The translations under genes and the position numbers were made by a program. A stretch of 64,000 nt of DNA. Source: Octopus bimaculoides (Eukaryota). The stretch covers positions 62,819,910 through 62,883,909 of the forward strand of contig NC_068993.1 of the NCBI RefSeq assembly GCF_001194135.2, read 5' to 3'. The notes under the pieces are model-generated. The model was not told the origin of the DNA and did not search any database. It was given only the letters and a program-made list of their open reading frames with translations. Shown here piece by piece: positions 1 through 14,400 of this stretch. The stretch's first letter is position 1. Every line of letters starts with the position of its first letter.

Positions 1-229
1 GTCTTTAAATTGTTGCACGATAATTGTAGAAACAAGCATTATTGCCATACTAGGAATGTCTGACATTTCCGATCTTTCATAAAAATATGACCAGCAATGG
101 GGAAATTGCTTGAAAGTGGGCAAGGGTTGGCAACAGGAAAGGAACCCAACCACAGAAAATTTGTCTCAATGAATTCTGTTTGACCCATGCAAGTATAGAA
201 TTACAATAATCAAGTAAGTTTCCCATCCA

Positions 230-392
230 TCCAGTTGCAATAAGCCACCCAGTGCCATGATCCAACATGACCAGCACTATGGTGGGGATTTCTCCAACCA
301 TATACTAGCGATGGGGATGAACACATTAACCTCAGAATCACAGAGGAATACTTCATTCAGAAGAAGACACCAAGCCTGAACCACTGTAATGA
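230..392 (+). mobile_element. Possible Penelope-like GIY-YIG endonuclease remnant
   Basis: frameshifted translation PSAMIQH...ILA...INLRITEEYFIQKKTPSLN resembles the Penelope GIY-YIG C-terminus (from memory). Confidence 0.35.
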
Positions 393-1174
393 GGAAACAC
401 ATCTACTGCTTCCAGGATCTTTAATCAGTACCAGCAATAGGCATCATCAAATAAGAACAAAAAAAACAAACGATTTCTGATAAACAACGATAGATTTGAA
501 AGCACTAACAAGATAAAGTAACACCCAGCAACAAGGCTCTCTATATGTCACATGCCACGAGTAAGGTAAACTATTAATTTATCTGTCTGTCTATCTATTG
601 ACCTGCCCTTCTGTCTGTCTGTCTTTACCTGCCTATGTCTACATCTACTTCTATATCCACAAACCTTTTATATATTCTTAATGTCTTACATCCGTGAACC
701 TTTAAAACTTTTATATCCCTAAATCTTTCACAAAAATTAAAGCTCCACATATCCCCTTGTACTCTACTATTTTTAACTTTTTACTTAATCTTGTTTTATT
801 TTATTTTATTTTATCTCACCTCCCCCACTTTATCTTCCTAACTTCTGCTGAAAGTGTTACCCTGTTATCTCACAAAGTTAAAAATATATAATCATGTATT
901 TTCTTCCCAATAACACAGTCTCCCATCTAAAAAGAAACTATATTTTAATTGCGTTGTTGCAATAATATTTGAACATCATGGAAATTTTCTGAATCTTTTA
1001 AGACTCACAAAATACATAAACTGGTTTCCTTCTTAACTTGTAAACATTTTTGCTACTAAACAGTGTTTATGAGAAACTGATGTTAGCTCACATACTGACA
1101 ATTACAGTTTATTCTAACACATCATTAGCTGCTTTCATATATACATAGTCATACAAACGCATATTCAATTAAAA

Positions 1175-1545
1175 ATGGCTGTGTGGTAAGTGGTTTGCTT
1201 ACCAACCACATGGTTCTGGGTTCAGTCGCACTGCGTGGCACCTTGGGCAAGTGTCTTCTACTATAACCACGGGCTGACCGAAGCCTTGTGAGTGGATTTG
1301 GTAGATGGAAACTGAAAGAAGCCTGTCATATATGTGTGTGTGTGTGTGTGTATGTGTGTGTGTCTGTTTCCCCACCATCGCTTGACAACTGATGTTGGTG
1401 TGTTTACATCCTCATAACATGGCAGATTGGCAGAAAACACCACTAGGATTAGTACTGGGGTGGATTTGTTCAACTGAACCTGTCAAGGCAGTACCCCAGC
1501 ATGGCCATATTCCAATGACTGAAACCAGTAAAAGAAACAAAAGAC
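1175..1545 (+). mobile_element. tRNA-derived SINE, family B (head tggctgtgtggtaag...ggttcagtc, internal TG microsatellite)
   Basis: A/B-box-like head; same element recurs at about 11867-12195 (+), 19665-20030 (-), 29205-29395 (+, 3' part), 33640-33830 (-, heads), 54613-54837 (+), 62405-62635 (-). Confidence 0.8.
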
Positions 1546-1931
1546 TGCAAACTCTTCCTGTTTACCTTTGGCAATTTAATTACCTCCATATAAAACATGA
1601 CTTTGCCAAAATGTCTGCTGGCATTGCCACTTACCTTCATAGAATATCTATCACACTTTCAAAATCAATCGACTTATTCGAATATTAAAATTTGCAATAA
1701 CGTCCTCTCTCCTTAGCTTTCAGTTTCTCTAAGATCTTTTCCTTTGCCGCTAATTCTACAAACATTAATTATGACTGATTACATACACATACCTATCTGT
1801 ATTGATTAGTCGAACTGGGAATTTACTTATATGGTGTCAGCAGTTTTGATATCTATTGATTTTGATATTTATAGATTTAATTTTTGATGTGTGTGGGTTT
1901 TCAACTTTTTATTTAACATCCTAGTGAAAGA

Positions 1932-2240
1932 GTGTGGCTTCATGGTTGAGGTATTTGGTTCATAGTCGTAAGGCTATGGGTTCAATTCCTAGCTGTGCAT
2001 TGTGTCCTTGAGCAAGACACATTATTTCATGTTGTTCCAGTCCATTCAGCTGGAAAAAATGAATAGTGCCTGTGTTTCAAAGGGCCAGCTGTGTCACATT
2101 CTGTGTCATGTTACATCTCCGTGAGAATGTTAAGGTACGTGTGTCTGTGGAGTACTCAGCCACTTGCATGTTAATTTCACAAGCAGGATGTTCCTTTGAT
2201 TGGATCAACTGGAACATTCATTTTTGTAAATGATGAAGTG
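1932..2240 (+). mobile_element. tRNA-derived SINE, family C (gtggctt..tggtt...gggttcaattcc...ccttgagcaagacac)
   Basis: reverse copy at about 50700-50998; related heads at 13138-13445 (+), 36480-36701 (-), 45405-45711 (-). Confidence 0.75.
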
Positions 2241-3064
2241 CAGAAAGGAATGCATCCTGCAGGAGATCCAAGACAGTGATATAATAACCAACTAAAGCAA
2301 AAACCATTCAAAATCTTTAATACTCATTCATCTTTCCTTATGAGCAATCGTCCATTTTGAAAAGAAAATGGTAAGGTGGGTGTGGCTTCTTTGAAAGTAA
2401 TCCTAGAAACAGAGGCTTATAGAAGAGGCCAGTATGAGAGGGAAGCAGACTAAAGAAGGACTTCTGGACCCAGCTGCATCACAATGCCCATGTCCTTATT
2501 AACAGGGTTCTTTCAGATGAACAAACAAACAATTGGTTTATAAAACAAAAGAAATAAAATAAAATTCCCATAACAAAGATGTCAATGATGCTGATGCTGA
2601 TGTTCCGAGTTGAAATCCCACCATGATCCACTGTTTCCATTCTTTTACTGTTAATAAAATAAGTTCGAGGCTCCATATATAATCCCCTGTCCCCTCCCTG
2701 CCCTCTCTAAACTGTGTGACCTCCTGTCTTTGTTCATTATTTCCCCATAATTATATGACAATTGAAGCCAATCAATAAAACACAATTAGCCAGTGTTTAT
2801 TATCTCAGACAGCCATTTGTAAATGAATGCCTGCAAATTGGTCAAATGTTTACCTTTATTACACTTGCTGAAAGATAATTGGATTTCTATTTGAAATTAA
2901 TCATCTCTCAGATCTCCAAGGTACATTGGGTTCAACTGTTGCTGTTTAGCCCAAGGTTGGCCTTGATCGAGTAGACTCAAGACCATCCAGTCTTTTTTAC
3001 TTTTCAGGGACTCTCTCTCTCTATTTCTCTCTCCTTAGATGCCATATTCAGAACATAGGACTTA

Positions 3065-3330
3065 GGTAATTATGTCCTTCCACAGTTCTCTGTTCTTTGA
3101 TTTCTGTAACAGTTCAACTCCTTGATGCTTAATGTTCCTTTCTGCCGACCAGTTCGTCGAGCCAGACATCCATATCATCCTCCCCCTTTCTCTGCTTCTT
3201 TTCCTTTCAATCTTTCTGGACGTCATTAAATTCTCCAGGCCTTCTTTCCTCATTATACAACCAAAAAATCTCAGTTGCATGGCCCTTATTTCAGGGACTC
3301 TATCATCAAATGTGTCCCTTCCTTTTTTAA
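3065..3330 (-). mobile_element. RTE-clade LINE ORF2 3' remnant
   Basis: QLRFFGCIMRKEGLENLMTSRKIERKRSRERGR..W...W is the typical RTE post-RT tail. Confidence 0.7.
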
Positions 3331-4045
3331 AATTTGAAAGATTTAGCTATCATTTCTAATGATTCAAGGAAGCACATGTAGGCCCTTTCCTTGGGTCATC
3401 AGGACTGTATAATTCTGTTTGCTGATGAGTGGTAAATCTTCTCCAAGAAAACCTCCATACAGAACTCCAAGTCAACAAACCACCTGGTAATGTTTCAGTA
3501 AAACTCATCCCAAATACACTATGTAAAAAAAAAAAAAAAAAAGCTTTTGGCTAGCAGTCTGTCGTGTCACAACTTGGAGACCAAAAAAGCTGGTTTTGTG
3601 ACATTTCAGACAGACCTTTCATTATAGAATGTGAGGGAGCAAGTAACCATACCCGAATGTAAATTGGAAAAGAAGGGAGGTTTGAGAGTGGGGTGCATGA
3701 GTGCAACCAAGAGAAAGAGATTACAGGAGTCAGGGAGAGATAAATAAAAAAAAGAAAATTCTGCCATGGACAAATTAATGCCAGCCAGAGTTTCAATTGG
3801 TCAAAATTGGGAATCCAGCCAGAAAGTTTGATGACAGTTGCTTCTGGCAGGACCCTAATGGAGGAGGAGGAGGAGCCTGATGACTCTATCCCCACCCTCC
3901 TCGCCCTCCCAGGAATAGCGGCTGGAGATGACAAATGGATGGATGTATTACGGACTAATCATACAGAACAAATTAAGAAAACCTATCTACTTCAAACCTG
4001 TTTTTTCTTAGTTCTTGAAATTGGTAAAAAGAAGTTTCCACTCAC

Positions 4046-4306
4046 CTCCTTCAGCACTCTTCTGGGCTTCTGTAGCAAATATGATGTCAGGTTCGTTAAT
4101 GGTGAAGATGGCCCAAGACTTTGAACGGAAGTTGAAGCCATGGAAACAGGCAAGAGAAAGATTGTTGCCTTTAAGTGTAACCGTTCCTCCCAAAATAGTA
4201 CCTTCCTTTGGTAAAGGTGATGGCAACATGGAAAAACTACATCCAGCAGCAACAACCAAGACTTTCTGCCAATGTCGATGATGCCAAACTGAACTGTAGC
4301 TTACTC
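4046..4306 (-). CDS. BLTP1: BLTP1 exon, 261 nt, phase 1-1 (VSYSSVWHHRHWQKVL...LACFHGFNFRSKSWAIF...ATEAQKSAEG); last exon found in window
   Basis: cttgttgtag acceptor, G|GTGAGT donor; conserved motif. Confidence 0.95.
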
Positions 4307-5954
4307 CTACAACAAGAATATTAAAACAGTAAGTAATAAAATAAAAAAAAGAAAACATGACTTCAAGATTTCCCTTATTTGGCATTTAGTTTAAATTTTA
4401 GGTTTAAGGATATTTTCATACAAAATTTTCAAGTTAGTAAACCAACATTGATTAAACGACAGGGATAAATTTCATTCTTAAGTCGCAACATAAACACATA
4501 CCATTATTAAAGGAATTTGTAATATTAACTGCATAAACATGAATCATGGCAATTGTGTATAAAAAAAAAACTACCAAAACAAAGATTTGTAACACCAAAG
4601 AAGACCTGAGAGTTAAACTAATACATCTGTTTGTTGTTTACACACCATCTTCGTCTTTTGTTTTTTTGTAAATTCTCAACAAGGTTGGCCTTCTTCACAG
4701 AATTCTTCTCTATGGAGCCAAATCCTGGACTTCAAAGAAGAGAATATCAACATCACTATGATAGTATATACAACAGGCGTCTCATGGGGGCTCAAACCAT
4801 CACATGACATGAGTACAAGAACAAAGAGATTTACAGACATATTTCACTCATCTCTATTACTGTTGCTTAATAACAAGTAGGTTTTGCTAGCCACTGCTAT
4901 TTTTTAAAATTTCTTTATAGTCCACAGGGGGACAAACAAGGTCAGTCAAAAGGATTAAGTTGATTACTTCGACCCCAGTGCAAAACTGGTACATCTGGTA
5001 CTTATTTAATTGACCCTGAAAGGATGAAAGGCAAAGCCAACCTCAGCTATTGTGCTAAATACCAAGCCATACCAGATGTTAAATTTTAGATTTCCACACC
5101 ATAAGAGAGCATAAAAACCACCACTCAACAACCTACAATTTATTGGTACAGACATGTAACATGAAACTGAGAATGTACCAAAGTAATGGAAGACAGGGAT
5201 TCTTGGTGCAGAATGGTGAAATTCATCTCATTTGCAACTGCTTGCAAAAGTATATTTTAGTTGCAGTAGACTATCTCAGACACTGGTTAATGTCCAAATA
5301 ATGAGGCTGTCAGTCTACAGAATAGTGTGGTATACCACAATACAGTCACATCACTCGATCACTCCTTCCAGTCATAAACATGTACCATACAAAACATATC
5401 CAATCGTTCTAAGTAACGAGAGCAATAGATAATTGACAACTTGAGTGATTCTATACTATTGATTTCTACCATTTGATGTGGCATTGCTATAAAACATTCA
5501 GTTGGTTGTATTGTTCCCCATATTTATTTTACTGGGGTTGCGAGGGTGAAAAGCTAAATGAATTTCAGAATGTAATGACACAAGATATTTTTTGGTAGAC
5601 AGAAACTGAAAGAAGCTCATCATATGTGTATAGGGGCGAGGTTGTTTGTGGTGTGAGGTGTGTGTTTTGTGTGCATGTTACTTGACATCATGTGTTAGTA
5701 ACAAGTGTCATCATCATACAAGTATTGACCATTTCCAATTTTCCATCAAACCATGTCTTGGAAACAGGAGAGGGTTGGCAACAGGAAAAGCATCCAGCAA
5801 TAGAAATGCAAGGGGTTACATTAAAATGATGACAATGATATATATACTTGTGACTGGCAACGAATAGTAATACTGATTGATGTAGCTAGCCATAAACTGG
5901 AACTTAACTGAGAGCCACCATGGTATCCGACCAAATAATATATCCCTCCAAAAC

Positions 5955-6008
<54 letters not shown>

Positions 6009-9000
6009 GTCCATATATACTCATGTGCACAGTGACTGATTAATGCACAGACATGTGTATTCTTAACAGGATTCTCAAACAGAATGACAAAACACAACAA
6101 AGCAGGCCTTCAAATTACAATCCATCCCATGAGCTTCCACATTTTCTGTATCTACCCCCTGTTATTCACCAGGCTTGGGTCAGCCTGAGATGCAAACACA
6201 TACATACGCTCATATATACACAAACACACACGCAATGTAACAAATTATTTGTTGTGTGTTTTTACAAGTAATTTCCTGAAGATTACATTTATAATAAAAC
6301 AGTAGAAAGATGTGGGTGGGGTGGGGGAGAGTTGAATGGGGGGTGCTGGCATTTGAGTTGATGGTAACAATGTTGTGTACAGAGAAGTGTGCAGGAAATT
6401 GAATATTACTGCCAACAGATAAGATTAGTCTAAACGGGTAATCCACTTAAATGGTGACAAAGTGAAACAGAAGTGCGCTAACAACCAGTAGAGATTGGAT
6501 TGACATTAATACAGTTCTGGCAGATATGCATGTCATGTGTGAGGGGGAGGAGAGAGGCAGACAGGAGGGGAAATGTGGAGGGGGGAAAAGAACAGAAAGA
6601 ATAAGAAGGAGAGGTGGGGGGAGAGAGAGAGAGAGAACAGAGAAAAAGGGGTGGTATTTAAGAGAGTGAATAGAAAAGGAGAGATTTACAAAGTGGGGTG
6701 ATGGGGAGAAGGGGAAATAAAGAAGAAAGGAGAAGAGGAGAAAAAGAATAGAGTACGAAGGAAAAGAGAGAGAGAAAGACGGAGGGAAGACAAGGAGAAG
6801 GGGTGGGGAGAGGGAGGGAAAGTGAAAGATTGAATGGGGGGGGCTTTCAGTAAATATCAAGGAACATTAAATGCAAATATTCAACATATACACACATACA
6901 GACAGACAGACATATTCATACATATCGTCCAACCCATGCCAGCATGGAAAGCAGACTTTAAACGATGATGATGATGATGATACATCCATATAAAAAGGTA
7001 CATGCACACCCAGGAACATAAACCTCAAAAAACAACAGCAACAACTTTGGCAGTTGTTCTTATTTCTTTTTCCTAATTTATCGTGGCACATTCATTCCTT
7101 CATCACTGCAATATTCTTCTCAACTCACCAGTATTCAAACAATACATAAACATACACACCTCTCGCACATATATATACATACGCACGTATGTTTGTACAG
7201 CTTTTATGACAACATTCCATTTGTAAAGTGAAATAAAAATTCAGAAGAGATGTCTTTTGTTGTGTCTAGATTTTTGTTTATATCTCTTTTTTTTCTTTTT
7301 TTCTTTTTCTGAGAATTCTTGATTACACAGAAAGTTTCTCAGCCAACGATGGCATAAAAACTAAGAAGTTATACTGTTTTTCCCCTGAAACTTGCTTCCA
7401 TTTATTGGAAAACTAATGCTAGTTTATTTAGGCTGCAAGCTCAAAATGACAGGTCAGTGAATTAATTTAATCTGATATATACTGCAATAATGATACCAAA
7501 GACTTTGTCAATATGAACAAGAGAAAAAAAAAAACTGCAGCTTGGAGTGACATGTTCGTCTTGGTAATGAGAGAATTTGAGCAATTTAACCAAACTGTAA
7601 ATTAGTCGAAATTCATCAAGTAATTTAGCTGCAAGACAACGTCTATCTGAACAAAACTTCTCTATGCAGAGTACCCAGAAAAAATTTATCTTTACGAGAA
7701 GTAAAGAAAGGTATTTTTTTAGTGCACCAAAACAGTGGCATTTTAAACAGATCATGAATACTCTGTAAATGGTATTCATGTCTACTTCTTAGACGTGGCA
7801 AGTCAGGAGCCCATCATCCGACTAAGAAACGCAGAGAGGCACAAACAGTAAAAACCAAATCTCAATATATACACCAACATCTAGATTGCAATCAAAATGG
7901 ACATCTTGTCATATACGTACCCAAATCTTCTGAGTTTTTGCGTTTGGTAGATGATTTGCTCTTCATTGATCCCCCAATTGGTCCAAAAGCAGAAAGGACC
8001 CTCTTGCTGTTAGTGAGATAGGTGGTGAAGAACTCTTCTAATTTGGCAGCCATTTTTAACAGGTCTGGGGTAGTTGACCGTGAAATCATGATATGGAATT
8101 TATCCCAGTCCAGTGTTCCATGGACAAACAATATTGCTGGTCTAAACCCAAAAAAGAATATACATATATATATATACACATTTGTTATTAAGATGGAGCA
8201 TAAGATTTTTACACAACATACAGAGTGAGTTTTGTTACAATAACCAATTATTTTCAATTGATGCTACCTTTATCTTATAACACCTAAATTATCAATATTG
8301 AAGGAAACTCTAATTATTGGTCCTTCACATTTAAGAGCAAAGAGTAATGCCTGATGTAAAATATCATTAATTCATTTTATAAATATATATATGCAAGACT
8401 GCAACCAGGCACAAGTATTGCTGTGTGCTTCTAATCTCCTTGCACAACAACTAGGGTATAGACTTGTAAATAAGATTTGCAGCTGCAAATCCTTTAGGTT
8501 TTTAAGTATCAATATTTGCAGAAAGCTGGGTTGAATTCTGTCTCATTATGACAAAAGGTAACTTAACCATGCAATAAATAGACATCAATAAAACAAGTAA
8601 AATATGAACATCTAAAATCCCTGTAGATGCTACCCCAGCATGGCCACAGTGCAATGACCAACCAGTAAAAGCAGATAAATTACTCAACCGTGAATAATTC
8701 TGCAACAAATGGCTAGATTTTATAATTGCAATAATGTTGTTCCAACATTGACAATATTTAGAGTGTGTGTATGTCAAAGCTTTCATCACATTTTTCCCAT
8801 AAAATCATAGCATTTGTTTGATGTATAAACAATTATTGACAATAGGTGGGTGTTATAGGGTTAATGTGTTACTGTTGTGATAATCATTTTTATCTATTCA
8901 AGAGAAGTAGAAGGCCAAAAAGTAAAACCTGTCTCAATTTGAGTTTGCAGACCCATCTAAAGTTTTTAGTCCAGCACTGCTATTAATACCAACTTTCCCA

Positions 9001-11453
9001 GCTTTGAGGCTGACTAATAAAAATTAGAGCAATTGTTTTCAAAAATGCCTTCACCAGAACATAACCACAGAAAACTAAACAAAAAGGAAGAATGGAGAGA
9101 GAAACAAAGGTTAAAGGTTTCCAGCAGATTTAAAATGAAACAGGGAAGCAACGTTAATATGTTAGATTGAAGAGAAAAACCAAACAAACAATAATGGATA
9201 TTCTGTTTCTTTATTAATTCATAGCCACCAATGTTAGCTCATTCCTTTAACATATACAGCATCATCATCATCATCACATACAGTTGCCATTCCTTTATAT
9301 AGATTGTGTTATAACCAAAAATTCTTTTCACATAGTAGAGAAAATGAATTTTTCTTAATCTATTTACACAGACTCTGCAAGTTAAGAAGAAGAAGAAACT
9401 AATTATTATCACCAGATCAAAATAAACCCCTTTGGTGAAATGAGTGAATTTCTTGCAACAGTTTCATTTATTAAAGCTCAGTCTCCAAAATCGGATCAAT
9501 AAAAAAAAAAAATCTACCCAATCCAGTTGTATTATTTCCTTTTAAACTTAGGAATACCGAGCATTGTCTAAATTCATTGAAGGTTCAATCAGATAAGAGG
9601 AGCAAAGAGAATGACATGTGCAAGAAAGCATTTGAAATTGTAAGAGTTTTTAGTATTGATGATGATGATGATGATGAGGTGAGGGTGAGAGTTATTCATA
9701 AACCTTGGAATGGAAGTTGCCAGCAAGGTTTCTCACACAAACAGGAAGAAAATAGAAGTGACAAGAAATAAAGGACCAAGCATAACAGAGTTTGAAATGG
9801 ATGTGGAAGGGTGGTGGGGGAGATGCAGAAAGAGACAAACAGACAGACAGAAAATATACTACATAGTTCCATTACCATCTGACAATATCACAGCAATAGG
9901 GGGTGTTCTTACTGAATTGAAAGAAATGTCACTAAAGAAATTTCTATTTACTCCATTTTTGTCACATCATGGAGAAATATTGCTTTACTTATACCAGGTG
10001 AGGATTGGCAACAGAAAGGGCACCAGGCCATAGAAACATCAACCAAAACAAATTCCATCCTGTCCATGTAAGTACGGAAAAGCATGGTGGTTAAAGCAAT
10101 TTTTTCATCTATTTATTTATATAAGAATTGTCCAAGTCTTTGTAAACACTAAATAGGAATATTCTCTTTGCCTTGTGATATTGTTGTTTTGTTTTTGTAG
10201 TGTACCTACCACTCCAGATACATGACCACCAAATTAACAGTTCCCTAACATTCTTCACAATAAATGACATTAATGGAATATCCTTCTAAGGCAGCAGTTC
10301 TCAACCATTTTTATTACCTGTAGACTCCTTTCATTCCAACTCTACTGGATCTCCATAACCATTAGATGGTTTTAAAAATTAGTAAGGTGGGGGGGGGGAG
10401 CTGGCAGACTCGTTAGCACGCCAGGTGAGATGCTTAGCAGCATTTCATCTGCTACTACATTCTGAGTTCAAATTCCGCTGAGGTCGACTTTGCCTTTCAT
10501 CTTTTCAGGGGGATGATAAAATTAGTACCAGTTACACATTGGGGGAAGGGGGGGGGGCAATGTAATCGGCTTAATCCCTTCCCCCAAATTTGAGGCCTTG
10601 TGCTTCCAATAGAAAGGACATGTTAATTAAATATATAATTAGGATCATAAACAGCTTATTGCACATAAACTTTTACAACAAACTCAAGTATGCCCTCCTC
10701 CAACTTACCCCCAGGGTCATATGGACCCCCGGTTGAGAACCAGTGTTCTAAGGGAACACAAGAACTGGCAGTCATCGGTTTGTAGTGCAAGCTACCAATT
10801 GTCAAAGTCTATTATAAGCATCTGAGAGAAGAGAGCAATTTGACCAACTAGGATGCAAACCATTTTTAAACGCATTGACAAGCAATACAATACAACACAG
10901 ACCATATACTCAACATATTTCTCTTTGAGAAACAATGCTAGCCTTCAAATGAACAATCAGCCTCACTCAATCAAATAACAAATGGCAGTCAGGTATTTTC
11001 TCTCTTTTGCTTTTTTTTTATTTTACTCTCTGCTGGCTGACTTAGACAATAATTTTGCAGCAAACAAGTTATTTGATAAGGTATTAAGTAACATGATACA
11101 CACTAACATTTGCAAGAGAATTAGATGAGTATTAATTTTGAAAGGTAGTTAACCCTTCTCCAGCCAGAAACTCGAGATAATTTCACCGACAGCTAAACTT
11201 TCAGAACAGCTGATAGAATCTCACAAAAAGGCTTTAAGCATGGCAACTCTGTTTATTGTTTATTTTTGTTTGTATTTATAATGCTATTTATACCAATAAT
11301 TACTGGGTATCATGCTAACACCTTCTGCCATAACCACTGGTGTCAATATGCAGCTTAGAATCTGCATAAATATTATGAAGAAAAAAAATGAAAAAACTGC
11401 ACCGTTCTAAATATCCTCTCGTAGCAACAGCAAAAACACTACAAAGCCTTCAG

Positions 11454-11485
<32 letters not shown>

Positions 11486-14400
11486 TATTCAGCTGCAGTT
11501 TACATAGATGGTGTCGAAATAAAACACAAGTATAACAAGAGTTCTGTAAATGTATTAACCTATTTCCCTGCCTACCAACATTTCATATCAATAAAAACAA
11601 TGACTCGTCTGCAGCCTACACAACTCACTGCAGCGAAATTATTTCTCTTCCATTATCAATACAAATGGATAAAAGGCAGATTTCAATCGATCTTCTAAGT
11701 CTTCACACTTCATATTTGAGGTATTATGCTTTCTGCAAATCCAGGCTTTCGAAGCCAACTCACATCAGGTGATGACTAGCAACCAATAATACACTCAAGA
11801 ATATTGGATCAATTAAGCTCTCTCTTCATACCAAAAAGGATGAGGTTCTTCAGAAATCTTCACCATCAGGCATGGCTTCCCAACCACATGGTTCTGGGTT
11901 CAGTCCCACTGCATGGCGCCTTGGGCAAGTGTCTTCTGCTATAGCACCAGGCTGACCAAAGCTGTGTGAGAGGATTTGATAGGAGGGAACTGGAAAAAGC
12001 CATGTGTGTCCTGCCACCACCTGACAAGTGATGGTTAGTTTACATCCCCATGACTGAGGTTCAGCAAAAGAGACTAATAGAATAAATACCAGGCTTAAAA
12101 AAAGAGTACAGTGGTCAATTTGTTTGATTAAAAGTTCAAGGCTGTGCCCCAGCATGGCCAGTCTAATGACTGAAACAAGTCGAAGGTAAAAGATCACTGG
12201 CATTACTATTCCAACATTAGAAATGGCTAATATTTAACAGAACTATTATTATTATCATTATTATTATAAACCCTTTGCATAGTTCTGTTCTACAGAGTTT
12301 CCCCTACGCCTATCCCATTACGGGAATAACACTGGACTGCTGAAACCGGACTCATATTCCACTGCAGTTATTGTTCTGCAACTCTCAAACAAGTCACTAA
12401 AGACTATTTCACCAATTCCTCCTATCTATTTACAAATCCAATATTTCTCGTTCGATCTTTGTTCCGTTACCAAAGAAACCAAAAGCTCAGGACTGCACAG
12501 AGTTTAAAACAATAAGCCTAATGAGTTGGGTGATTGCTACTGATAGAAGTCATCCGACAAAGAATGACATCGAGAATTAATGAATATGTCAACTGCAAAT
12601 TAGTTTTAGACGAGGAATGGAAACTCGTGAATGATTGGCAAACCTAAGAACCATATGTGAAACAGATCATCATCATCATCCTTTACTGTCCCATTTTCCA
12701 TGCTGGCATGGGTTGGATGATTCAAAAGGAACAGACCAGCCAGAGAATTGCACCAAGTTCCAATGCCTGCTTTGGCATGGTTTCTACAGCTGGACACTCT
12801 TCCTGGTGCCAACGCCTTTACAGAGTGTGGACTGGGTGCTTTTTTTCCATGGCACCAATAATGGTGAGGTCACCAAGGACCCACAAGACAAGACGCTCTC
12901 AACTGAGAGGGGCACAATATTGCAAGATATGGAATTATGATACAAGGACAGGAGCAGGTGTCTTGTTGATATAAATGTTAAGAAATACTTTATCGATTAT
13001 ACCAAGGCATCTGACAGTAAAATATGTTATCTCAAAATAAAAAAACAAAAATGTAATGCGAGCAATCAATAGAGGTAAAAAGTGAAGAGGAAAAATTAAG
13101 AAAGTGATTACTCATACATTAAGATGACCTTTGTGGGGGCATGTCACTCAGTGGTTAGGGTATTCTGACCATGGTCAAAGGTCATGAGTTTGATTCCTGG
13201 TGGCACATTGTGCCAGTGAGCAAGACACTTTATTTCATGTTACTCCAATTCACTCAGCTGTAGAAATGAGTTGCAACACCACAGGTGCCAAGCAGCATCA
13301 GCCCCTTTGCCTTTCTCTTGGATAACACTGGTGGCGTGGAGAGGGGAGGCTGGTATGCATGGGCAACTGCTGGTCTTCCATAAACAACCTTGTCCGGACT
13401 TGTGCCAGGTGCAATCCCATGGTCAGTCATGACCGAGGCGGGTCTCAGCATTGAGGCAAGCTTCTCATCAGTGAACAACAATTCATTATATTAACACTTT
13501 GCCTAGGATACTTTTCTATTATTTAAAAGCAGGGAGCACCAAAAGCTTCTGTCAGTTTCTTTGACACGTCCAAACTTATTAAATATATGAAGACATAACA
13601 AAAGGATGGGGTGGAATTAAATATGGGAAAAGGTGCCGCCTGACTGGCTCATGTGCCAGTGGCACTTAAAAACACCTTACGAGCATGGTCATTGCCAGTA
13701 CCGCCTGACTGACTCCCATGCTGGTGGCACATAAAAAGCACCTACTACACTCTTGGAGTGGTTGGTGTTAGAAACGGTATCCAGCTGTAGAAACCTTGCC
13801 AGATCAGATTGGTGTCCTCAGTCAAATTGTCCAACCCATGCCAGCATGGAAAGTGGAGGTGAAACGACGACGATGATGATGATGATGATGATGTGACCAA
13901 ACATTAATCTGTTAAATTTAAAGAATTCACGCTTTCATAAAACAATGTCCACTTACCGTTTTGTAGCCAATGGCATGTCTGGTTTCATGTCGGCATCAAG
14001 AAGCCACTCATCCCTGAAGTGGAGCTTCAGTGAGCTTATACGGGTCATCAGGACACTGGAACCCATGTAGTCAAGGCGAGCCTCAGCAGCAAACAGAGAG
14101 AGACCAGATTGGTGGTCTGGAGGGTTTCCTTGTTCTGGATCTTCAAGTACAGTAACTGAAGAAGCAAAAGAAACAAGTAAAGCAACACGATCATTAATTA
14201 CTAATTAAATACTAATCAAACTACAATAACAAAATTAACTTTTACATATTTCTTACTGATGAGATTGTAATTTTCTTTTTTTCAACAGTTTTATTTCCAT
14301 CATCGGTTTTATTGTCAGATACGTACTTAGTAATAATCTGGATAATCTGGATTTGAACTACAAATCTTTAATTCTAAACCAAATGTAACAACATTTATCC

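Noticed and set aside
2540-2648. Possible terminal exon VKEWKQWIMVGFQLG...stop
   Set aside because: No resemblance to the BLTP1 C-terminus, and about 260 conserved residues are still missing, so the gene must continue beyond position 1.
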